A DNA stretch of 11,349 nt, taken from Azolla caroliniana. Its lineage: Eukaryota > Plantae > Polypodiophyta. Numbering within the stretch: the stretch's first letter is position 1; the number at the start of each line of letters is the position of its first letter. The stretch covers positions 1 through 11,349 of the forward strand of contig JBHGNT010001164.1 in assembly GCA_043228905.1 (NCBI GenBank). Direction: 5' to 3'. Below the pieces are notes generated by a model. That model was given only the letters and a program-made list of their open reading frames with translations. It had not been told where the DNA came from and ran no database searches. This document shows positions 1 to 8,350 of this stretch, one piece after another. Position numbers and translations under genes: made by a program.

Positions 1-141
1 ATGCATGTATCGACAGCTTTTAACATCCCCTTCAATAAGAGCTAGACATAATGTGGCATTTGGCAGTGGAAGATGTAGTCAGAAAGTCGATATAGCCCCT
101 TTGTGAAGCCAAGTGGTAATTGATGACACATCTATATTCGA

Positions 142-332
142 GCAGCATTAGAGTATGTCAGAGTTTTTAGGACATTACAGATGATAAATGGCCGTAATAG
201 CTCTATTTTGTATGTCATTCTTTCTGTGTAAATCTGTATTCGGGCAGTACATAATATGTCAAGGTTCATAGGACATTATAGATAATAAATGGCACTAATT
301 GCTCAATTGTGTCACTGTACATGTAATCTGAT
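142..332. repeat. Diverged ~102-bp tandem duplication within an MLH1 intron
   Basis: gcagcattagagtatgtcagagtttttaggacattacagatgataaatggccgtaatagctc (from 142) versus gcagtacataatatgtcaaggttcataggacattatagataataaatggcactaattgctc (from 244). Both are followed by tgtca...tgta(a)atctg. Confidence 0.8.
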
Positions 333-512
333 TGAAAATTTTTCCTTGTGTAAAATGTGCTACCGTATTTCCATTCGTAAAATGCTCGGATCCAAGAAAA
401 CTGTTTTAGAGCTTTTTTAAATATATTTGTCAGTTCTGAGCATTTTTCTTATGTGAACCACACAAGTCGTAATACTCAATACGTTTTCTTTTTTGTTTAA
501 ATGATTCACAAG

Positions 513-670
513 AAGCCATCGAGGATGTGGAGATTGATGAGGATCTGATTGCTGAAGCACAGAAGGCATGGGAACAACGTTCATGGACCATAGAACATGT
601 CCTATTTCCTGCATTGAAGCTGTTTTTGAAGCCTTCAAGGCAGATGGCCACAGATGGAACTGTTATCCAG
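513..670 (+). CDS. MLH1: MLH1 (MutL homolog 1) penultimate coding exon; the gene continues upstream of the window
   Basis: Hand translation gives AIEDVEIDEDLIAEAQKAWEQRSWTIEHVLFPALKLFLKPSRQMATDGTVIQ, which matches the plant MLH1 C-terminal pattern (AW.QR.W.I.HVLFP...FLKP...A..G..V). Polypyrimidine tract at 484-498, acceptor AG at 511-512 (alternative AG at 514-515), donor CAG|GTAAAA at 670/671. Confidence 0.93.
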
Positions 671-759
671 GTAAAAGCAGAGTTGGAAGATTACACATAT
701 ATGTAGTGTGTATTTGTTCTATGTTTTGGTAGGCTAATAATCACTCTCTTCATTGGCAG
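671..759 (+). other. MLH1: Last MLH1 intron (89 nt, phase 0)
   Basis: GTAAAA...GCTAAT (branch-point-like, 733-738)...TTCATTGGCAG. Its removal joins TVIQ to VSCLENL in frame. Confidence 0.92.
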
Positions 760-804
760 GTGTCTTGTCTTGAGAATCTGTATAAGATATTTGAAAGATG
801 TTGA
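760..804 (+). CDS. MLH1: MLH1 terminal coding exon VSCLENLYKIFERC*
   Basis: GTG TCT TGT CTT GAG AAT CTG TAT AAG ATA TTT GAA AGA TGT TGA. The C-terminal FERC motif is the conserved signature of eukaryotic MLH1. Confidence 0.96.
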   Translation: MSCLENLYKIFERC

Positions 805-1687
805 AGTTCTTTAGCCTAGTTTTAGGTAAAAAGATGTACTTCTCCATGCTTCTTTGACCATTGACACACCGAGTAATTTTGATATGATGACAGAGATGAG
901 AATTAAGTTGAAAGGTTCAAAATTGCTGCCTCTATTTTTTTGATAAGGGTTTTTAATTAGAGAAAGTTCCATTACACTTGCATTTTCATGTTTAAGAAAA
1001 TAAAATGGCTTAGGTAAGGCTTTAGGAATCACAAATGTATGTACATGAAATGTTGTGCATTGAATTAAGGTGATGACGATGCAGGAGGTTGACAACCTAG
1101 AGTGCAGAAGTTTGGAGATTGTACATGATGTTTTGACTTTCATAATTAGCCGCTTGTGAGTCACACATAAGAGTGCTGTTTTTCTTGCTTCTTGTATGAC
1201 ATGGTTTTGGAAATTTGTTTAGTTGTATGTACCCAATTATTAGTTCTCTTGAATAGAGTGCACTATTTTTGGCTTGGCCCAAGGCTGGCTATCGGTGCGT
1301 TGATTGATATGGTCTCTTTATATTATTTGATTCTAGATATGCTCATTTGATAGACAAAACGCATCAAACTCACACCATTGTAGTTTATGCCTCCTTTGCA
1401 AGAGAATAATGAGGGGTGCAATTGGACTTGCTGAAGTAGCAACACTCAATTCATGACAACAAAACACAATAATTTTAGTGGGTTAACAGTAGGATAGTTG
1501 GGGAACTTGGTATCTATCAAGGGAATTGAGACAAACCCATGAGGACAAATGGCATATGAGCACACTTGGTCATATGCTTTCTTCAACACAAATGCACATG
1601 TTTTATGGTTTGGTTTTGATTTTCAAGTTAGTTCAAAATTCAAAATTTCACATTTAAATTTTAAAAATTTTAAGTTTTTTAGTATTT

Positions 1688-1826
1688 AAAGATGTTTATT
1701 AAAATATCAAAATTAGGCTTAGAAAGGACAAAATAATAATAATAATAATATTTGAAAAAGGATGATCATCATACATGAGCTTAAAACGGTTCAAAGATGT
1801 TTCTTAAAATTTTAAAATTAGGCTTA
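1688..1826. repeat. 34-bp direct repeat pair (1688-1721, 1793-1826) flanking an (AAT)6 microsatellite (1732-1749)
   Basis: aaagatgtttattaaaatatcaaaattaggctta versus aaagatgtttcttaaaattttaaaattaggctta, 31/34 identical. Confidence 0.8.
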
Positions 1827-1967
1827 AACTTTCAAAAAACTCATGATATTCTCAAATCCCATGTTGCATTGCAAGTGGATGTCAAGACAGAATAGCAAAC
1901 ACGGTGAACCTTCCTTTGTTGTAACTTGTAAAGCTATTTCAATGGTAGAAAGAAAGAAAACGAGAAC

Positions 1968-2400
1968 CATGGAAGAAATTTACACTTGACTAGATAATTG
2001 GGAATGTCATCTTGAGCGTCACCCTAAGCTTCACGGAAGTAGCCCATGCTACATTAGTTAGGTGGGAAAGCTATCATTTGGTGGCATGGTATTCCAATAC
2101 ATTGGCTAACTTTATTGACATATTTAAACTATAGTATTTACAACCACCTGAGGATTACATTATTCATACATGAATGCAAACTCAAAAATCGATACTTGAT
2201 GGAAAAAAATAGTTTTCACTTGTCCTTAATGACATTCAAAATTTGAAATACCATTGAATAGTGCATGATAAGGATCCGAAAAGCTTTCAAGATGTTAGAG
2301 ATTATACTTCGCTATATGAACATTTTTCAAAGAATGATTATGATAAAATTGAGTCAATAGGACTAAACCCAGAATTTTTCAATGGAAAATACAAGAAACC
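1968..2400 (+). mobile_element. Degenerate LTR-retrotransposon (probably Ty3/gypsy) gag relic
   Basis: Across frameshifts and stops it reads IYT*LDNWE (1978-), LGGKAIIWW (2058-2084), then NFIDIFKL*YLQP (2108-). This is the order and spacing of the retrotransposon gag WL..xE / L.G.A..WW / W..F...F...F/Y motifs. Recognised by eye only; boundaries are approximate. Confidence 0.45.
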
Positions 2401-3910
2401 TAATGATGATGTTGGTCAAAACATCACGCACATTCATATATTGCCATGTTTAATGACTTTATGTGGTTTGCATAAATTTTTTATATAACCTTAAAACCAT
2501 GCAAAATTGTACCTTTAAATAATATATTAAGGTTTTGCATGTAGCGCCAATGTTGAGAAACTCTCAAACACCCATGCCGTGCTCATGATAACGATAATAA
2601 GGACTAATACTTAACTAACACATCATCAAGTAGAGATTAAAAGTATTTTGAGACGAACACAAGTAGCTCAAGTTTGGGTTAATGGAAAGGAGTGATACAT
2701 ATGTATGTGAAAGTAGAAATAAGAACTAAGCTAGTGCTTAGGGTTGTCTCTAATACAACTAAAATAATGGTAAATTATGATGTAGGAAAGTTTACATCAA
2801 TGGTTACGCCACATAAAGAAAATAGCTTTTCTCAAATTTACATTACTCTTGCAAAGTGGCCCATGAATGACCTTACACTAATTGACGTCTTACTTCAAAA
2901 GTGATTGAAGGTTATATTGAGGCTAAGTTCTAATTCCTAAAAATATCTTTCTTACTAGATCCTACATCCCTACTTTAGCTTTTATAGTTAGTTCTAAGGA
3001 TTACATTCTTGAACTAACATATCCTATTTATCTAGGATTGCATGTCTCTCCAAGGGATGGCTATCAATTTTTATGGACAAAACTCTTCTACCAAAATCAT
3101 CTCCCTAGATGATCTTTTTTAATCTTAATTATGCATCATTCAATGTGTTTTCTAGTTCAAATTGGTGGGATAATCAACTCAATTCAAGGTTGCAACTTGC
3201 CCTTTTCATTGTTTAGAGTGCATGTCTTAGTATTTGTTCTCTTGGCAAACAACTTCGATAATTCCTTTATGAATTTTGGTATACAATATGCTAGATTAAT
3301 ATTTAATATGCATATTTGATAATCTTTATTAGCACATCTGATATCCAAGTTGGAAATCACATAAAGATGTTGGCCACATCTTTCAAGGTCTATATGTATT
3401 AAATGAAATTTCTCAAGCTTTATAAGATGAGAAATATCATTTGAAGCTTTTTTAAAATAAGAGTAACATAAGATGACCTCATTGTTCGTTCTCATGGTGC
3501 CATTTGGAAATTTTTGACATCTTTGTTACTTTATTGACATTCTAGTTCCCCTTTTAACTTAATTATAATGCTCTTTCCTATATCATGGAACTCAATCTAA
3601 TTTCCTGTTTTGTTCATTTGTTTCTTAATAATAATTCATACAGTTTCAACAATCTGGCACCTACAAGCACTTCACAACAATTATCAAATGGATGATCATC
3701 ACTCTCATGTAAGCTCAAACAATCATAAAAAGATCGACAATCCTTGAGACAATCATCCAAAGATTGACAAAGACATCGACTATGATTACTAATGCATGTT
3801 TTCGTTACATGCAATACAGTACGTGTACAAGGGTTTTCCGGTCCTAAGATCCATGGAGTGTTTTGGGTTTTCCCAATAGAGCTACCATCTCGTGTAACTT
3901 GCCTGCCAAG

Positions 3911-4020
3911 TGCATAGCTCTTTCATAAGCAAACAGGGGTGTAAGTCCCCCAACAAATGCATAGCTCTTTAATAAGCAACACGGTGTACAAATGCATAGC
4001 TCTTTGATAAGCAACAGGGG
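3911..4020. repeat. Three-copy interspaced direct repeat TGCATAGCTCTTT(C/A/G)ATAAGCAA
   Basis: Copies start at 3911, 3958 and 3993 (periods 47 and 35). The flanks are partly shared (ACAAA before copies 2 and 3; ACAGGGGT after copies 1 and 3). Confidence 0.92.
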
Positions 4021-4494
4021 TTTTCACAAGAATGAGAAAACACATACATCTTATGAGCATGCGCTCTTTTGGGTATGAATACTTCATGGTGAAAGATGGA
4101 AATAAACCAGACGGATAATAATCATGGAGAAGTAAAAATGGTTTCAAGTTGGAAGCTACTTCTGTAATGGTACAAGATTGATTTTCAACATTATTACATT
4201 TAAACAAATTTATATAGTCGAATAGGTGTACATTATTCATTTACTATACATCTTCAACAAAAAGCCTATCGTGCATATTTACGTATATGTACAAAAACAA
4301 GTAAAGGGCATCGAGAATGTTTTGATTATAAGCAAAACCCGAGCAACGATATCATTTGAACTTTTATAACACACTTACAAGAATTATTTATGCTCCTTCA
4401 ACGATAAAAGCTCGAATCTATGCAAACCTGACAAAAAGTCGTATCAATTATCTCGAAAGGATAAGGGCAGACATAACAATGTGAATGTATACGC

Positions 4495-6366
4495 TTATGT
4501 CCGCACAGCGCTAGGGGCCTTTTTCCACGAAACCGCAGATGTTAATCGCTTGATGAAAGTCGTCTTTTTCTTCGGTTTTTCCTTCCCTTCCACTACATCT
4601 TGCATGGATAAGACCTTACCAAGAGCCACATCCGATGCCATTGGCACCTTGAGGCTTAAAACCTGGGAGAAAGCATCCAATCCAGCACCCCTTCTTTCTC
4701 GAGCTTTAACCTCGGTTACCTTGACAGCCCCTCTCTCCCCATCACTAGCAAGCCGACTCTCACCGCTTGGATTAGCACTTTTCCGCCGTTGCTGCTCATG
4801 TTCAGCTCTCCATTTTCTCAGCGCAGCTTCGCTTGCCAGTTTCGCTTCCTGCGCACCCTCGGCTTTCTTTTGCACCTCTTCAAGCTCCATCCGGCACGAT
4901 TCAGCCTCCTTGATGATATCAGAGAGCCTCTCTTGTGCAGCCCTCTGGCTGGCCTTCGCATCTTCTACAAGGGCTACTGCTTCCGATACCTTCTTTTCAG
5001 CAATGCTCTCCGCTTCGTTAGATGCTTGTTTTAAAGAGGTATACTCTTCGAGAGTAATTGTAATACCACTGGCACTCATTCCTCCTTCGGATTCAGTTTC
5101 AGTCTCAGTATTATATTGCGATTCCGATTCAGTTAAAGCTTTGAACTCGGCCATAGCCATAGCTTCTGAGGCCCTAGCTGCCTCGGCTTCTTTCAATGCC
5201 GCAGCTTGCCTACTCATCGCTGTGCTAGTAGCTGCCTTCTCTTGCTCGACCTCGTGCCTCGCCTTCCGTGCTTTTTCTTTTGATGCCGTGGCTTCAGCCT
5301 TGGCCTGGTCAGCTTCGAGCGCCATACGCTTTATTGCCGCAGGCAGTGTTTCTTTAGCTTCCAATGCCCTTGCTACCCCTTCTTGCGCACGATGCAATGA
5401 TTCTTTCACCCTCTGAATCTCATCTTGCAATGATGCCAATGTTGCACAAGCAATTTGCTCTTTCTCATGCATCATTTCAAGTTCTCGGGGATCGACTGTT
5501 TCTAGCTCTTCTCTCAAAATAAACACTGCAGATGAGAGAGAAGCACTTTCCTCTCTCGCCTTTCTGAGCATTGCTTTAGATCCCTCGAGCTCGCCCAATA
5601 CCTTCTCCACTTTTCCAAGTCCTTCGGATCTTGCAACAGCCAATTCTAACTCAAGTTTTTCAATATCGTTATTTGTGGCAGCTAGAAGCGATCTGTACTT
5701 TGTTTCTGCTTCTTTACTTACTGCAAGTTCTTCTCTCAACTTCCTTAAGGATGCATTTGTCTCTTCAAGTTTTTCTGCTAAAAGTTTTGTTTCGGTACTT
5801 TGCTTCTTGATTAAATGATCTGGGGGAATTCTCTCAAGCAATTTCTCAACGTCATTACCATTTCTCAATTGCGCAACTTGCTCCTCTGTATCTGCAAGCA
5901 CAGATTGAGCAGCAGCAATAGATTCATCAAGTGATGATTGCTCTTCAACAAGGGCTTCAATTCTCTTTGACACACTATCGAGACTATTCTTAGCACTCTC
6001 AATACCATCAACTGCATCATCACGTGACACCCTCATCGAGAGAAGCGCCGCTTTAACATCTTCAATCTCCTTCAACAACTTGTCCAGATCAGCATTTCTA
6101 ATGTTCTTGTCATCTTCTTTGTTCGTTACAGCCATTTCAGAAACTTCGGCAACTTTCGAAAGATGGTTATGATGATGATCAAAATTAAGATGGATGTTGG
6201 TCACATCTTTTGACATCCCTCCAGCAGCTTTAATTAACCCTTGGACACTCTCAAGTTCAAGAAGAATATCAGCTGAAGCTTTCTTGCTATCAAAAAGTCT
6301 TTTCCTATACTTCTCAATATCATCTTGGAGTCTCTCAATATCAAGTTCTGAAATAGTATTCTGCCT
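4495..6366 (-). CDS. WEB1/PMI2-family (WEMBL/DUF827) coiled-coil protein, coding exon 3 (last; 623 aa + TAA)
   Basis: Long Glu/Ala/Lys-rich heptad ORF with family motifs EAEAARASEAMA, ITITLEEYTSL, LRKWRAEHEQQRR and a basic tail KKKTTFIKRL. Acceptor TCTCTCTTTTCATTGCAG| at 6367/6366, phase 0. The first 29 aa of the ORF-track protein are intronic. Confidence 0.93.
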   Translation of the reverse strand, partial: RQNTISELDIERLQDDIEKYRKRLFDSKKASADILLELESVQGLIKAAGGMSKDVTNIHLNFDHHHNHLSKVAEVSEMAVTNKEDDKNIRNADLDKLLKEIEDVKAALLSMRVSRDDAVDGIESAKNSLDSVSKRIEALVEEQSSLDESIAAAQSVLADTEEQVAQLRNGNDVEKLLERIPPDHLIKKQSTETKLLAEKLEETNASLRKLREELAVSKEAETKYRSLLAATNNDIEKLELELAVARSEGLGKVEKVLGELEGSKAMLRKAREESASLSSAVFILREELETVDPRELEMMHEKEQIACATLASLQDEIQRVKESLHRAQEGVARALEAKETLPAAIKRMALEADQAKAEATASKEKARKARHEVEQEKAATSTAMSRQAAALKEAEAARASEAMAMAEFKALTESESQYNTETETESEGGMSASGITITLEEYTSLKQASNEAESIAEKKVSEAVALVEDAKASQRAAQERLSDIIKEAESCRMELEEVQKKAEGAQEAKLASEAALRKWRAEHEQQRRKSANPSGESRLASDGERGAVKVTEVKARERRGAGLDAFSQVLSLKVPMASDVALGKVLSMQDVVEGKEKPKKKTTFIKRLTSAVSWKKAPSAVRT

Positions 6367-6618
6367 CTGCAATGAAAAGAGAGAGATTTTGAAAACAGCA
6401 CCACAAAAATAGCTACTAGGTAAACACCTGAATAAACACCAAAATAGCCCCAACTTTTCAGGGTTTTCACCAGAAAAATATCAGAATACCCCTCTTCAGA
6501 CTCAAATTTTACCTACTGCAGGAGGGTACTCTGCTACATTTTAGAAATCTCATGGGCATTTCAGTGTCTGTCCAAAACGGAAAGCCTAGGAAAACATAGT
6601 AGACATGCACAAAATTAC

Positions 6619-6803
6619 CTCTGGATTAGTTGATGTTTCGGATTGAAGTGTTTGCTGTGGTGATTTCCAATCAACCCTCTCTCCGAACAAACTGACTGCG
6701 GCTTTTACAGATTCAAAAGGCGCAGTTGTAATGATTTCTGCACCACTGGACTTGGATGAGGAGAGATTGGAGGATTCCACGGTTTGTCTGGTGCCATTGT
6801 TAT
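6619..6803 (-). CDS. WEB-family gene, coding exon 2 (185 nt)
   Basis: Encodes the WEB N-terminal signature EIITTAPFESVKAAVSLFGERVDWK. Acceptor TTTATAG| at 6804/6803 (phase 1) and donor GAG|GTAATT at 6619/6618 (phase 0) are compatible with both neighbouring exons. Confidence 0.92.
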
Positions 6804-7377
6804 CTATAAATCATTTAGCAAAAAAAATGATAAGCCCAAGCTCTAATGGATTTTGACCTATATGAAGGATACAAGGTATATAGAAATTGAATTGGAATCA
6901 TTCAACAGTTCCTAAGAAACTAGATTTCTGAAAGATCCAACTATTTCTTTTTTTGCAATTATGTGTATATAACGAATTGGATAATAATATAGGAAATCAA
7001 GTTTTACAGAGAAACAACTACTTTTCAATCACCATTTTGGCATTATAAAAACAAAAGTCGCATGCATGAATGTTTGATAAATTGTTTGCCACCATCAAAG
7101 AGTAAAGAAAACATACATACATTCCTCAAATAACATAGGAATAACATACTGACAAGCACAGCATCATATAGCTACAATCAGGCCAACAAGTCATAACTTG
7201 GAAGCAAGCTAGAGCTATTCCACTATTAAGCCATCAGTAGATAGAATCAATTTAATCTATTGTGTTCATCTGTATATGATATAGATGTACATACATTCAT
7301 ATGTATGCAGTCCTAGAAGATAAGAGATGCTTTAAAAAAAAATGGTAAAATTGAAAAACATATGTCTTTCCTCTCAC

Positions 7378-8314
7378 CAGAAGCTTTGGTACCATGTTCA
7401 GCAACAGCCGTTTTGATATGATGTCCTTCTGAAGGGATGAACTCGTTTTCGTGGGTGGACAAGTCACTATAGATCTGACCTGAAGTTGTGCTCAAATGGC
7501 CAGGCACCATCTCCTGTGGCTGTTGTTCTGTGGAGGATGATGTGTAAAGCTTTTTGGCAGATGGCGATGAATCAACAGAAGAAAGAAGACCTTTGTGCTC
7601 CTCCACAAACGATGATGGCTCGTCGCCAAAATCTGGTTCACTGGCCTGCATACTTTGTTCCTGATGTCCGTTCACTTGAGTGGATTCTACTGGTTCACTC
7701 ACCAGATGATGTCCCACGTAGCCTGCATCTGTTGATCCACTCACCTCAACATGTCCAGAGGCCATGGCCGGTTGCCCATGTTTCCCTATAGGAGGAGATT
7801 CTTCTTCTACATGATCCTCTTCTGTTGATGATTCTTCTGTATTGCCCTCTCTTGCAGAACTTTCTGTATGCTCCTCTCTGGAAGGAACTTCTTTCGGCTC
7901 CTCTGTTAGGGAATGTTCTATAGGCTCCTCTGTTGAAGAATCCAGCTGATGTGTGTTTTCTGAAGAAATCATGGGGTGGTTCTTTTCTGAGGGAATCCCT
8001 GCTAACCCTAATCTCTGATGTGTCTCTCCATTTGAATATTGTGCCAAATCCTCCATTAAAGACGCATTCGGAAGCTGCCCAATAGAAGAACCTTCCTGGA
8101 TATTCTCTGGTGTAGGGCTAATTTGCTCTACTATAGCTCTCTGCAGAAGCTCAGTCGAGTTTTGAGCCTGAGAGTTCTGTGTAGGAGAAGAAGAGGAAGA
8201 AATAAGCTTTTGGGTAGTCTCAAAAGGCGTTGATAAGAGAGTATGAGCATTCGTCTCTGCTACTATAGAAGGATGAATGGTCTCTGCAGAGGGATGCTCT
8301 GCCGGAGCTTCCAT
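7378..8314 (-). CDS. WEB-family gene, coding exon 1 (acidic Ser/Glu/Pro/His-rich N-terminal extension, MEAPAEHP...TKAS)
   Basis: 937-nt open frame from an ATG in good context (GCTATGG) to donor CTG|GTGAGA at 7378/7377, phase 1. The split codon G+AT=Asp joins exon 2 in frame. Total CDS 937+185+1872 nt = 997 aa + stop. Confidence 0.82.
7805..7939 (-). repeat. Five diverged in-frame 27-bp (9-aa) repeats in exon 1
   Basis: SSTEEPIEH / SLTEEPKEV / PSREEHTES / SAREGNTEE / SSTEEDHVE. Confidence 0.75.
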
Positions 8315-8328
8315 AGCTATAGGGAGGA

Positions 8329-8350
8329 GGGTAGGGTAGGGTAGGGTAGG
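8329..8350 (+). repeat. (GGGTA)4GG pentanucleotide repeat, potential G-quadruplex on the template strand
   Basis: GGGTAGGGTAGGGTAGGGTAGG, with a further GGG at 8322-8324, about 15 nt upstream of the WEB ATG. Confidence 0.8.

Noticed and set aside
999-1004. AATAAA about 195 nt after the MLH1 stop
   Set aside because: A plausible poly(A) near-upstream element, but the hexamer is common in AT-rich DNA and plant signals are degenerate. Not supportable without 3'-end data.
417-1282. Minus-strand ORFs 417-638, 430-651, 811-1164, 1097-1282
   Set aside because: Antisense to MLH1 exons and 3' flank, with no coding signal of their own.
2692-3814. Short ORFs in both directions; faint resemblance of 3184-3495 (-) to a decayed LINE reverse transcriptase
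   Set aside because: No diagnostic motif could be read with confidence. It may be TE debris, but a frameshift-aware search is needed.
3911-4020. CRISPR-like repeat-spacer appearance
   Set aside because: Eukaryotic context with no cas genes and only three units. The spacers are short, unequal and related to each other.
4481-5416. 311-aa + strand ORF antisense to the WEB exon (also 4789-5034, 6194-6412, 7486-7791)
   Set aside because: The Ser/Ala/Leu/Phe-rich composition is the expected mirror of Glu/Ala/Lys codons on the coding strand. No recognisable domain, and the 4481 ORF begins at GTG.
6367-6453. N-terminal 29 aa (MGLFWCLFRC...) of the 652-aa ORF
   Set aside because: Lies in intron 2 and starts at a non-ATG codon. 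It includes the polypyrimidine tract and the CAG acceptor.
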